32,000 nucleotides of DNA from Aureibacillus halotolerans. Lineage in GTDB: Bacteria; Bacillota; Bacilli; Bacillales; DSM-28697. Of this stretch, positions 18,551 to 29,459 are shown piece after piece (within the stretch, counting starts at the first letter, position 1; each line of letters starts with the position of its first letter). The position numbers and the translations under genes are program-made. Where the stretch lies: assembly GCF_004363045.1 (NCBI RefSeq), contig NZ_SNYJ01000026.1:4846-36845 (forward strand), written 5' to 3'. A model generated the notes under the pieces. The model was not told the origin of the DNA and searched no databases. It saw only the letters and a list, made by a program, of their open reading frames with translations.

Positions 18551-20752
18551 ATGTACATAACGGACAAGCTACTCCAAGGACTAAATGACAAACAACGCGA
18601 GGCTGTGCTGTATACGGATGGTCCGCTCTTAATAATGGCAGGAGCGGGGAGCGGAAAAACCCGTGTGCTGACACACCGAATGGCCTATTTGATGAGTGAA
18701 AAAAAGGTGGCGCCGTGGAACATCCTCGCTATTACATTTACAAACAAGGCTGCTCGCGAGATGAAAGATCGTGTGCAACAAATTACCGGTCTTGGTGAGG
18801 ATTTATGGATTTCGACGTTTCACTCCATGTGTGTTCGCATCTTGCGCAGGGACATTGAACGAGTCGGCTACAATCGGAGTTTTTCAATTCTCGATTCCAG
18901 TGATCAGCTTTCTGTCATAAAACAGATTTGCAAAGAGCTTAATATGGATACGAAACGGTTTGAACCTAGAGCGTTGCTCGGTGCGATTTCATCGGCCAAA
19001 AACGAGCTGAAAAATGCGGCCGCTTTTGAAGCGCTCGTCGGTGGGTACTATGAAAAAATGGTGGCCGATGTGTACACACAATATGAACGGCGACTAAAGA
19101 AAAACCAGTCGCTTGATTTTGATGACTTGATTATGGTGACGATTCGTCTATTCCGGGAAGTGCCTGAAGTGCTCGAGTTTTATCAAAAGAAATTTCGTTA
19201 TATTCATGTCGATGAGTATCAGGATACAAACCATGCGCAATATACACTTGTGAACCTGCTTGCCGCAGCAAGCCGCCAGCTTTGCGTCGTTGGGGACTCT
19301 GACCAATCGATATACAAATGGCGTGGAGCAGACATTGCAAACATTCTCTCCTTTGAGAAGGACTATCCTGAAGCATCTGTCATTATGCTTGAACAAAACT
19401 ATCGTTCGACGGAAAGCATCTTGAATGCAGCCAACGGAGTGATTACCCAAAATTCAAACCGTAAGCCGAAGGAACTCTGGACGGACAACAAAGGCGGGGC
19501 GCCGATCACGTATTATCGAGCGGATACGGAACGTGATGAGGCGCAGTATGTCATCGGGAAGATGAAGGAATTTGTTCAATCTGGAAAGTGGTCGTATCGT
19601 GACATGGCGGTGCTGTACCGTACAAATGCACAGTCACGAACGATGGAGGAAACGCTCGTCAAGTCAAACGTCAATTACGCGATGGTCGGCGGCACAAAGT
19701 TCTACGATCGCAAAGAAATTAAGGATTTGCTCGCTTATTTAAGGCTGATTGCCAATCCTGACGATGACATTAGTCTGGCGCGAATCGTTAATGTTCCTAA
19801 ACGAGGCATAGGCGCGACGACGATGGACAAAGTAGCTGCATATGGTCTTCATCATGACCTATCTCTGTTTCAAGCATTAAAAGAAGTGGAAGAGGTCGGC
19901 TTGTCGGCACGTTTTACGAAAACACTGCAAAACTTCTCCAAACTGATGAGCCAATGGACACAGCAGCAAGAATTCTTGAGTGTCACGGAAATCATTGAGG
20001 AAGTGTTGGACAAAACGGGCTACCGGGAAATGCTAAAAAATGAAAACACGATTGAGTCGCAAAGCCGCTTGGAAAACATCGAGGAGTTTTTAACGGTCAG
20101 CAAGCAGTTTGAGCAGCGTAGTGAAGACAAAACATTGCTTGCCTTTCTGACAGACTTGGCCCTCGTCGCAGACATTAATCAGCTCGAGGAGGACGACGAT
20201 GGCAAGCCGCAAGATGCGGTCACCCTTATGACATTGCATTCAGCAAAAGGGCTCGAATTTCCGATCGTCTTTTTAATCGGTTTGGAGGAAGGCGTGTTCC
20301 CGCACAGCCGCTCCCTTATGGAAGAGGATGAAATGGAAGAGGAGCGCCGGCTTTGCTATGTCGGTATTACACGTGCGGAGAAGAATCTATTTATGACAAA
20401 CGCAAAAATGCGGACATTGTTTGGACGAACAAACACGAACCCTCCCTCTCGGTTTATGAAGGAAATTCCAGATGAGCTAATTGAGGAAGAAGGCGGGGAC
20501 AGCTTCGGCTCGATCTCCACACCACCTCCGTTTTCTCCATCCTCTGGTCCAAAACGTCATGTGTCCATTCCACAAGCAAAGAAGGTCGGCTCGTGGCAAG
20601 TAGGCGACAAGGCGGCGCATAAAAAATGGGGTACGGGAACAGTAGTCAGCGTTCGTGGCGAGAGCGACGACACGGAGCTTGATATTGCGTTTCCGAAGCC
20701 GATTGGCGTCAAACGTTTGTTGGCAAGCTTTGCCCCAATTGAAAAAGAATAG
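18551..20752 (+). CDS. pcrA: ATP-dependent DNA helicase PcrA (UvrD family, SF1)
   Basis: 733 aa with Walker [28 protein letters not shown] and the [15 protein letters not shown] motifs. A C-terminal Tudor-like segment is present ([20 protein letters not shown]). RBS AAAGGAG is 8 nt upstream. Confidence 0.97.
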   Translation: MYITDKLLQGLNDKQREAVLYTDGPLLIMAGAGSGKTRVLTHRMAYLMSEKKVAPWNILAITFTNKAAREMKDRVQQITGLGEDLWISTFHSMCVRILRRDIERVGYNRSFSILDSSDQLSVIKQICKELNMDTKRFEPRALLGAISSAKNELKNAAAFEALVGGYYEKMVADVYTQYERRLKKNQSLDFDDLIMVTIRLFREVPEVLEFYQKKFRYIHVDEYQDTNHAQYTLVNLLAAASRQLCVVGDSDQSIYKWRGADIANILSFEKDYPEASVIMLEQNYRSTESILNAANGVITQNSNRKPKELWTDNKGGAPITYYRADTERDEAQYVIGKMKEFVQSGKWSYRDMAVLYRTNAQSRTMEETLVKSNVNYAMVGGTKFYDRKEIKDLLAYLRLIANPDDDISLARIVNVPKRGIGATTMDKVAAYGLHHDLSLFQALKEVEEVGLSARFTKTLQNFSKLMSQWTQQQEFLSVTEIIEEVLDKTGYREMLKNENTIESQSRLENIEEFLTVSKQFEQRSEDKTLLAFLTDLALVADINQLEEDDDGKPQDAVTLMTLHSAKGLEFPIVFLIGLEEGVFPHSRSLMEEDEMEEERRLCYVGITRAEKNLFMTNAKMRTLFGRTNTNPPSRFMKEIPDELIEEEGGDSFGSISTPPPFSPSSGPKRHVSIPQAKKVGSWQVGDKAAHKKWGTGTVVSVRGESDDTELDIAFPKPIGVKRLLASFAPIEKE

Positions 20753-22795
<2,043 letters not shown>

Positions 22796-22811
22796 AATGT
22801 GGTGAAGAACG

Positions 22812-23957
22812 TTGATCTATAAACGCAGTTTTAGTCTTTTGCTGGCAGCGGTCGTGCTCGCAGGCTGTAACCCTGTGCTCAACAACAATGAGGACGATGA
22901 GGTCATTCAGCGTGAGGATGAGGAACAGCAGCAAACAACACCATCGATTATCCCAACGGTTCAGATTTCTGAGCAATTTTATCGGACCGTCCTGCCGTTT
23001 AAGCCAGGTGCGGCACGAGGGTTAATTGTGAACAATATCTCAAATCGACTCGACATCAATGTCTTTGAAACAGGCCTTCTGCGCCTATCTCAACAACCGT
23101 TCCCAACAGATGATTACTTCTATCAAGAAGGACAATACATCACGGCAGAGGACATTAACACGTGGACACAGCGTCAAAATGATGAGGGTAAAGGGCTAAA
23201 CCCACCATTAAGTGGGGAGGGCAACTTGGAGCAGCAGAACAATCAAAATCCTGAGTACCTGTCACACATCCTCGAGCAAAACTTTTTAACGAAAAACGAA
23301 AATGACGAGTATCAACTCGGTGGCATTTCGATTGGTTTGTCGTTGAACTCTGTCCATTACTTTAATCAAGAAGATGGGTTCCCACGCCAAACGGATATTC
23401 CAAGGGAAACGGTACTGGCCAAAGGGAAGGAAATGGCAAATACAATTCTTCAAGAGCTGCGAACGAGAGAAGGCTTAGCTGAAGTGCCCATTCTCATCGG
23501 CATCTTTGAAGAATCGCCAAGGAATACGGTGCAACCTGGGACCTTTATTTCAAGTGGTATCGCAGAAAGCGGAGAGGCGAGCATTGGAGACTGGTCCGGC
23601 GTGAATTCGCAATACGTCGTTTTCCCATCGAATGAAGCGACCGAAAACCATTACAGTGATGCCGACAAAATGACGATGTTTCAAGAGGATATCGCGATGT
23701 ATTTTCCAAACTATGTAGGTGTTATTGGACGCGGTTTGTATCGTGGAGACGAGCTGCAAAAAATGATGATTGATATTCCAATCACGTTTTATGGAAAAGC
23801 GGAAACGATCGGTTTTACCCAATATGTTGCTGGACTTGTTGAGGAATATTTTCCGAAATACGTTGAGGTGGAAGTCAATATCACAACATTGGACAAGCCG
23901 CAAAGTTTAATCGTACGGGAGAGCAAAGAAGAGCCGTTTGTGTATATTTATGAGTAA
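22812..23957 (+). CDS. yerH: CamS-family lipoprotein (YerH)
   Basis: TTG start. MIYKRSFSLLLAAVVLAGC has the lipobox LAGC. FYRTVLPFKPGAARG matches the CamS-family N-terminal signature. Position after ligA matches the B. subtilis pcrB-pcrA-ligA-yerH operon. Confidence 0.85.
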   Translation: MIYKRSFSLLLAAVVLAGCNPVLNNNEDDEVIQREDEEQQQTTPSIIPTVQISEQFYRTVLPFKPGAARGLIVNNISNRLDINVFETGLLRLSQQPFPTDDYFYQEGQYITAEDINTWTQRQNDEGKGLNPPLSGEGNLEQQNNQNPEYLSHILEQNFLTKNENDEYQLGGISIGLSLNSVHYFNQEDGFPRQTDIPRETVLAKGKEMANTILQELRTREGLAEVPILIGIFEESPRNTVQPGTFISSGIAESGEASIGDWSGVNSQYVVFPSNEATENHYSDADKMTMFQEDIAMYFPNYVGVIGRGLYRGDELQKMMIDIPITFYGKAETIGFTQYVAGLVEEYFPKYVEVEVNITTLDKPQSLIVRESKEEPFVYIYE

Positions 23958-24058
23958 GGCACTGTCTTATTACTGACAGGACTCGCAAACCGTGGTTGGT
24001 TTTGGTAATATGAATAGTATTGTGAGTGTTCGACAGATTTTTCTCGGAGGTGGATGAA

Positions 24059-24349
24059 TTGTCAAGAATTACAAAGGACGAAGTCAAACATGTGGCTCAT
24101 TTAGCGCGCTTGGCCGTCACAGATGAAGAAGCGACGCACTTTGCATCCCAGCTTGATGACATTATTTCATTTGTGGAGCAGCTGAGCGAGCTTGATACGG
24201 ATAATGTCAAACCGACAGCGCATGTCATTGAAATGAAAAACGAACTGCGCGAAGACACGGCAGCACCTTGGTTGTCGAATGAAGAAGCACTAAAAAATGC
24301 ACCGGATGATGAGGATGGCCAAGTGCGCGTCCCATCGATTTTGGAATAG
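24059..24349 (+). CDS. gatC: Asp/Glu-tRNA(Asn/Gln) amidotransferase subunit C
   Basis: TTG 24059 sits 8 nt after GGAGG and gives (M)[23 protein letters not shown]..., 96 aa as in B. subtilis GatC. The track start 24026 is an upstream extension. Confidence 0.95.
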   Translation: MSRITKDEVKHVAHLARLAVTDEEATHFASQLDDIISFVEQLSELDTDNVKPTAHVIEMKNELREDTAAPWLSNEEALKNAPDDEDGQVRVPSILE

Positions 24350-24362
24350 GGGGCGAGCAACC

Positions 24363-25826
24363 GTGGCATTATTTGACCATTCCATGAAAGACCTACAAGC
24401 GAAGCTACATAAAAAAGAGCTGTCTGTCACTGACTTGGTAGACGCCTCATACACACGCATTCATGACGTGGATGATCGGATTAACGCGTTTCTTACCTTA
24501 AATGAAGAAGCAGCCCGAACACGTGCAAAGCAACTAGACGAGTCTGGTACTGGCGGCTTGCTTTACGGCATGCCAATCGGTGTAAAGGACAATATCGTCA
24601 CTAAGGATTTACGTACGACTTGTGCAAGTAAGATTCTTGAAGGCTTCACACCATTGCATGACGCGACCGTTGTGCAAAAACTGAATGATCAAGGTTCTGT
24701 AACCATCGGAAAAATCAATATGGATGAGTTTGCGATGGGGTCTTCGAATGAAAACTCAGCCTATGCGACGGTTCGTAACCCGTGGAACACCGATCATGTC
24801 CCAGGGGGCTCAAGTGGTGGTTCCGCTGCTGCTGTAGCTGCTGGTGAAGTATTGTTTGCACTTGGCTCGGATACAGGTGGTTCAATTCGCCAACCGGCAG
24901 CCTATTGTGGTGTCGTTGGACTTAAGCCTACTTACGGACGTGTGTCCCGTTTCGGTCTCGTGGCATTCGCCTCATCCCTTGACCAAATTGGTCCTTTGAC
25001 ACGCAATGTCGAGGACAATGCTTACTTGCTACAAACGATTGCCGGACATGACAGCTACGACGCGACATCAGCCAACCTCGACGTTCCTGAGTATACAGCT
25101 GCGTTGACAGGTGACGTAAAAGGCCTAAAGATCGCTGTGCCTAAGGAATACCTTGCTGAAGGGGTCGACCCTGCGGTGAAGGAAAAAGTGCTTGCTGCGT
25201 TAAAAGAACTTGAACGTCTTGGGGCTACTTGGGATGAAGTGTCTTTGCCTCACTCCAAATATGCGTTAGCGACGTATTATTTGTTGTCTTCTTCAGAAGC
25301 CTCTGCCAACCTAGCTCGTTTTGATGGGGTTCGTTATGGCTTGCGGACGGACAATGCGGACAATTTAATCGACATGTACAAGCAAACGCGCAGCGAAGGC
25401 TTTGGCGATGAAGTCAAGCGACGCATTATGCTAGGTACATTTGCCCTTAGCTCTGGGTATTATGATGCGTACTACAAAAAGGCGCAAAAGGCACGTACAC
25501 TGATCAAGAAGGATTTTGAAGACATCTTTGAAAACTACGATGTCGTCATTGGTCCAACAACGCCAACAACAGCTTTCAAAGTAGGCGAAAATACGAAGGA
25601 CCCATTGACGATGTATGCCAACGACATTTTAACAATTCCGGTCAACCTCGCAGGCGTGCCAGGCATCTCTGTTCCATGTGGCACTATTGATGGGTTGCCA
25701 GTCGGCTTGCAAATTATCGGGAAACATTTTGATGAAGCGACGGTATATCGTGTGGCGCATGCCTTCGAACAGGCGACAGACCACCATAAACAAAAACCGT
25801 CTCTAGGAGAGGGGGAAGCGCGATGA
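24363..25826 (+). CDS. gatA: Asp/Glu-tRNA(Asn/Gln) amidotransferase subunit A
   Basis: GTG 24363 sits 9 nt after AGGGGG and gives (M)[19 protein letters not shown], matching the GatA N-terminus. The amidase signature [14 protein letters not shown]...[12 protein letters not shown] is present. The track start 24297 lies inside gatC. Confidence 0.96.
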   Translation: MALFDHSMKDLQAKLHKKELSVTDLVDASYTRIHDVDDRINAFLTLNEEAARTRAKQLDESGTGGLLYGMPIGVKDNIVTKDLRTTCASKILEGFTPLHDATVVQKLNDQGSVTIGKINMDEFAMGSSNENSAYATVRNPWNTDHVPGGSSGGSAAAVAAGEVLFALGSDTGGSIRQPAAYCGVVGLKPTYGRVSRFGLVAFASSLDQIGPLTRNVEDNAYLLQTIAGHDSYDATSANLDVPEYTAALTGDVKGLKIAVPKEYLAEGVDPAVKEKVLAALKELERLGATWDEVSLPHSKYALATYYLLSSSEASANLARFDGVRYGLRTDNADNLIDMYKQTRSEGFGDEVKRRIMLGTFALSSGYYDAYYKKAQKARTLIKKDFEDIFENYDVVIGPTTPTTAFKVGENTKDPLTMYANDILTIPVNLAGVPGISVPCGTIDGLPVGLQIIGKHFDEATVYRVAHAFEQATDHHKQKPSLGEGEAR

Positions 25827-27253
25827 ATTTAGAAACCATTATCGGGCTTGAAGTGCACGTTGAACTAAAAACAAACACGAAAATTTTCTGTAATTGCTCG
25901 ACGGCCTTTGGCGCTCCTCCAAACACAAACGTTTGCCCGATTTGCCTTGGCCATCCTGGTGTGTTGCCTGTGCTGAACAAACGTGCCGTTGATTTTGCAA
26001 TGCGCGCCAGCATGGCTCTCAATTGTGAGGTTGCAACGGATACAAAATTCGACCGTAAAAACTATTTCTACCCAGACAATCCAAAGGCGTATCAGATCTC
26101 TCAGTTTGATAAGCCAATTGGTGAGAACGGTTGGATTGAGATTGAAGTGGAAGGCAAAAAGAAGCGCATCGGCGTAACACGTGTGCACCTTGAAGAGGAT
26201 GCCGGCAAGCTAACGCATGCAAGTGGCGGCGCTTCTCTCGTAGACTTTAACCGTCAAGGGACACCGTTGATTGAAATTGTGTCTGAGCCGGATATGAGAA
26301 CGCCAGAAGAGGCGTATGCCTATCTTGAGAAGCTAAAATCCATTATTCAATACACAGGTGTATCGGATTGCAAAATGGAAGAAGGCTCGTTGCGTTGTGA
26401 TGCCAATATTTCGCTCCGTCCTTATGGGCAGGAGAAATTCGGTACAAAGACCGAATTGAAAAACCTCAATTCCTTTACGTATGTGCAAAAGGGTCTTGAG
26501 TTCGAAGAAAAACGTCAAGCGAAGGAATTGCTCGGTGGGAATGTCATCCTCCAAGAAACACGCCGCTACGACGAATCGACAAAAAAGACGCTTCTCATGC
26601 GTATCAAGGAAGGCTCGGACGACTATCGTTACTTCCCAGAGCCCGACTTGCAAGAGCTTTACATTGACGATGCTTGGAAGGAACGCGTCAGCAAAGAGAT
26701 TCCTGAACTGCCAGACGCAAGGAAAGCACGCTATGTGAACGAACTGGGCTTGCCTAGCTACGATGCGATGGTGCTGACCTTAACGAAAGAAATGTCGGAT
26801 TTCTTTGAAGCAACGATTGCTGAAGGCGCCGATGCGAAGCAAACGTCAAACTGGTTAATGGGCGAAGTATCCGCTCACTTGAATGCCAATGGTCAAGAGC
26901 TCGCGGATGTTGAGATGACACCAACAGGACTTGCGAAAATGATCGGTTTAATTGAAAAAGGCACGATTTCCTCGAAAATCGCCAAAAAGGTATTTAAAGA
27001 GCTGATTGAAAACGGCGGCGATCCAGAGAAGATTGTCGAAGAAAAAGGCCTTGTGCAAATTTCCGATCCAAGCCAGCTTGTAGGTGTTGTCGAAGAAGTC
27101 GTCACGAACAATCCGCAGTCGATTGAAGACTTTAAAAACGGGAAAGATCGCGCCCTTGGCTTCCTCGTCGGTCAGATCATGAAGGCGACAAAAGGGAAAG
27201 CAAACCCACAAATGGTCAACCAATTAATTAAAGAAGAACTCGAAAAGCGTTAA
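25823..27253 (+). CDS. gatB: Asp/Glu-tRNA(Asn/Gln) amidotransferase subunit B
   Basis: 476 aa with [17 protein letters not shown] and [19 protein letters not shown] overlap with gatA. Confidence 0.97.
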   Translation: MNLETIIGLEVHVELKTNTKIFCNCSTAFGAPPNTNVCPICLGHPGVLPVLNKRAVDFAMRASMALNCEVATDTKFDRKNYFYPDNPKAYQISQFDKPIGENGWIEIEVEGKKKRIGVTRVHLEEDAGKLTHASGGASLVDFNRQGTPLIEIVSEPDMRTPEEAYAYLEKLKSIIQYTGVSDCKMEEGSLRCDANISLRPYGQEKFGTKTELKNLNSFTYVQKGLEFEEKRQAKELLGGNVILQETRRYDESTKKTLLMRIKEGSDDYRYFPEPDLQELYIDDAWKERVSKEIPELPDARKARYVNELGLPSYDAMVLTLTKEMSDFFEATIAEGADAKQTSNWLMGEVSAHLNANGQELADVEMTPTGLAKMIGLIEKGTISSKIAKKVFKELIENGGDPEKIVEEKGLVQISDPSQLVGVVEEVVTNNPQSIEDFKNGKDRALGFLVGQIMKATKGKANPQMVNQLIKEELEKR

Positions 27254-27266
27254 TGATGCGAATGTC

Positions 27267-27291
27267 GAAAGCACCCAGTATGGGTGCTTTC
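27267..27291 (+). terminator. Stem-loop after gatB
   Basis: GAAAGCACCCA / TGGGTGCTTTC is a perfect 11-bp stem with a 3-nt loop, 13 nt after the stop. There is no long T-run beyond the stem. Confidence 0.55.
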
Positions 27292-27376
27292 AATGTTGAC
27301 AAAGCTAATTGAGAGATGACGTTTTGGAAGTGTGTAAGGGCCTAAGGAAAGCAGTGAAGTGACGTTCAGCCGGAAA

Positions 27377-27687
27377 AGCGAGCCGTTACGCAAGGGAAGC
27401 GAGCCCAAAAAGGGAAAAAGCGAGCCGCAAAAGAGGGAAAGCGAGCCCGAAATGAGGTAGAGCGAGCCGAACAAGAGAAAGCGAGCCTGAATTGATCGGA
27501 AGCGAGCCTGAAAAAGGGAAAAGCGAGCCGTAAAATAGGGAAAGCGAGCCCGAAATGAAGTAGAGCGAGCCGAACAAGAGAAAGCGAGCCTGAATGGATT
27601 GGGAGCGAGCCCAAAAAGGGGAAAAGCGAGCCGCAAAAGAGGGAAAGCGAGCCCAAAACATGATCAAGCGAGCCCAAATCGGTGCGA
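27377..27687 (+). repeat. Tandem array: 15 units of ~21 bp (two of 19 bp) with invariant core AGCGAGCC, forming ~2.8 copies of a 103-bp five-unit higher-order repeat
   Basis: Core starts are at 27377, 27398, 27419, 27440, 27461, 27480, 27501, 27522, 27543, 27564, 27583, 27604, 27625, 27646 and 27667. Units 2-6, 7-11 and 12-15 are collinear; units 5 and 10 are identical, as are units 3 and 13. The + strand is strongly purine-rich. Confidence 0.9.
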
Positions 27688-27734
27688 AGACATAAAAGAT
27701 CCATGCAGCACCTCTCGATGGAAAAGAACGCCAA

Positions 27735-27764
27735 TTTCTTTCTCGCATGCACTAGTGGTATACT
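27735..27764 (+). promoter_or_regulatory. Candidate extended -10 promoter for dgkB
   Basis: TGGTATACT (27756-27764) fits TGnTATAaT. A weak -35 TTCTTT lies 17 nt upstream. It is about 40 nt upstream of ATG 27803. Confidence 0.3.
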
Positions 27765-27802
27765 TAAGAAACGAGTTTACATTGAAGAATGGATGATGTG
27801 AC

Positions 27803-28717
27803 ATGAAGCGTGCGCGTCTCATTTACAACCCGACATCGGGGCGCGAATTAATTAAGCGCGAGCTTCCTGATATTCTTGCACGTCTTGAAGCCCTAGGGTA
27901 TGAAGCCTCATCGCATGCCACTTCTGGGGAAGGCGACGCAATCGAAGCCGCAAAAATAGCTGTCGAACGTCGGTATGACCTTGTCATCGCTGGTGGCGGT
28001 GACGGGACGATTAATGAAGTGATTAATGGGATTGCCGAGCAAGATTGGCGTCCGAAAATCGGCTTAATTCCAATGGGAACAACCAACGATTTTGCCCGTG
28101 CCCTCCGCATTCCGCGTTCTGTGGACAAAGCGCTTCAAATTATTGAAGCCGGACATACCATTCCGCTGGATATTGGCAAGGTGAACGGCATTTATTTCGT
28201 CAATATTGCCGGTGGCGGAAAGCTGACAGAGCTAACTTATGAAGTGCCGAGCAAGTTGAAAACCATGCTTGGCCAACTTGCCTATTATTTAAAAGGCATG
28301 GAGATGCTGCCTTCTATTAAACCGACCGATGTTCGAATTGAGTATGATGGTCGTTTGTTTGAAGGCGAAGTGATGCTGTTTCTCGTGTCCCTCACAAATT
28401 CCGTAGGCGGGTTTGAGAAGCTTGCGCCAGACGCCTTGCTGAACGACGGGATGTTTGAATTAATTATCTTAAAGAAAACCAATCTTGCTGAATTCATCAG
28501 AATTGCCACACTTGCTCTCCGTGGCGAGCACATTAAAGATCGGCATGTCATTTACGCCAAGGCGAGTCGCATTAAAGTAAGCACAAGCGAGCCGATGCAA
28601 CTGAATCTTGATGGAGAATATGGTGGCGATTTGCCCGGTGAATTTGTAAACCTGTACCGGCATATCGAGATGATCGTGCCCGCTGAGCCAAACAAAGCAT
28701 TTCCAAAGGACGACTAA
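27803..28717 (+). CDS. dgkB: Diacylglycerol kinase (DgkB / DagK, YerQ)
   Basis: 304 aa with MKRARLIYNPTSGRE..., GGDGTINEV and PMGTTNDFARAL, the DAGK catalytic-domain motifs. Size matches B. subtilis DagK. Confidence 0.93.
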   Translation: MKRARLIYNPTSGRELIKRELPDILARLEALGYEASSHATSGEGDAIEAAKIAVERRYDLVIAGGGDGTINEVINGIAEQDWRPKIGLIPMGTTNDFARALRIPRSVDKALQIIEAGHTIPLDIGKVNGIYFVNIAGGGKLTELTYEVPSKLKTMLGQLAYYLKGMEMLPSIKPTDVRIEYDGRLFEGEVMLFLVSLTNSVGGFEKLAPDALLNDGMFELIILKKTNLAEFIRIATLALRGEHIKDRHVIYAKASRIKVSTSEPMQLNLDGEYGGDLPGEFVNLYRHIEMIVPAEPNKAFPKDD

Positions 28718-28753
28718 AGCTGCATGGCCACCTCCGGCTATAGCAGCTTTTTT
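28717..28753 (+). terminator. Intrinsic terminator after dgkB
   Basis: AAGCTGC / GCAGCTT stem around a large loop with inner GCC/GGC pairing, followed by a T6 run. Confidence 0.6.
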
Positions 28754-28787
28754 GAATGGTCAACGCAAATCATTTATGAGGATAGGC

Positions 28788-28815
28788 ACCATATGACGCT
28801 AGCAGACATAGCCTA
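28788..28815 (+). promoter_or_regulatory. SigmaK-type (mother-cell) promoter-like match upstream of the Pro/Gly-rich gene
   Basis: AC (28788-89), a 17-nt spacer, then CATAgccTA (28807-15) fits the AC-17-CATAnnnTA consensus as I recall it. The motif is short, so a chance match is quite possible. Confidence 0.25.
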
Positions 28816-28844
28816 CAGTATCTTGAGAAAAAGAGGTGTCTGCA

Positions 28845-29231
28845 TTGTTCCCACAGTTCCCAGGTTTCCCAGGCTTTCCAGGTGGAGGCGGTCCTGGTGG
28901 CCCACCACCAGGCGGAGGAGGTCCTCCCGGAGGTGGCGGCCCGCCCGGACAAGGCGGTCCACCACAAGGCCCACCACCATCCGCGATTCCACAAAGCTTT
29001 AGCGGTGGCGGCGGAGGAGGGCAAAGCGTTGCATTTGTTGCTCCACAATCCTTACAAAATTGCCTATTTCGTTACACGTACATCCAACTAAACAACGGTC
29101 AGGCCTTTTGGTTCTATCCGACACGGATTCGCCGCCAAAGCCACACCGTCACAGGCTATCGCTGGTTAGGCTTCTTTTGGGCTTTTTCCGGCATTGACAC
29201 GCGCCAAATCGTTACCTTCGCCTGTGTGTAA
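28845..29231 (+). CDS. Small Pro/Gly-rich protein with a conserved-looking Cys-bracketed C-terminal domain (about 128 aa)
   Basis: TTG 28845 sits 6 nt after AAGAGGTG; the track GTG 28836 overlaps that RBS. The N-terminus is FPQFPGFPGFPGGGGPGGPPPGGGGPPGGGGPPGQGGPPQGPPPS. The C-terminus is CLFRYTYIQLNNGQAFWFYPTRIRRQSHTVTGYRWLGFFWAFSGIDTRQIVTFAC. A strong terminator follows. Confidence 0.65.
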   Translation: MFPQFPGFPGFPGGGGPGGPPPGGGGPPGGGGPPGQGGPPQGPPPSAIPQSFSGGGGGGQSVAFVAPQSLQNCLFRYTYIQLNNGQAFWFYPTRIRRQSHTVTGYRWLGFFWAFSGIDTRQIVTFACV

Positions 29232-29261
29232 ACTACAGGCCCCTTGCCGAAAATCAATTAG

Positions 29262-29296
29262 AGAAGCCCCGTACGAAGTGGAGGCTTCTTTTTTAT
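29262..29296 (+). terminator. Rho-independent terminator after the Pro/Gly-rich gene
   Basis: AGAAGCC / GGCTTCT stem with extra partial pairs, followed by TTTTTTAT. Confidence 0.8.
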
Positions 29297-29459
29297 GTGG
29301 CGAGGGAAGTGATTGTTTGCTCGGTTAAACACATCAAAGAAAATGTACAACGTCTTAAAAGGAATTAATTTTCATAAACTATTTGAAAAATGCAGGAACT
29401 CTCCAATGAATCGCTAAGTGTTACAGTAGCTCGAATTTTGTTGTCGAAGGGATGGTTAC

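Noticed and set aside
27377-27687. CRISPR array interpretation of the regular repeat/spacer-like pattern
   Set aside because: The conserved part is only 8-9 bp and the spacers about 13 bp, far below CRISPR dimensions. The spacers are themselves repeated in a 103-bp higher-order unit. There is no leader or cas genes and no palindromic repeat.
27250-27752. Three overlapping - strand ORFs (128, 128 and 120 aa) and a + strand ORF (27599-27796) across the array as protein-coding genes
   Set aside because: All three - frames are open simultaneously, which is a compositional artefact of a purine-rich, stop-poor repeat. The peptides are 7-residue low-complexity repeats (GSLSLF...). No RBS is present, and one ORF would overlap the gatB stop.
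28724-29091. ORFs 28724-29002 (+), 28882-29091 (+) and 28770-29048 (-) overlapping the Pro/Gly-rich gene
   Set aside because: These are shadow frames of the GC-rich GGN/CCN repeat tract. Only the 28845 frame has an RBS, continues into a non-repetitive domain and is followed by a terminator.
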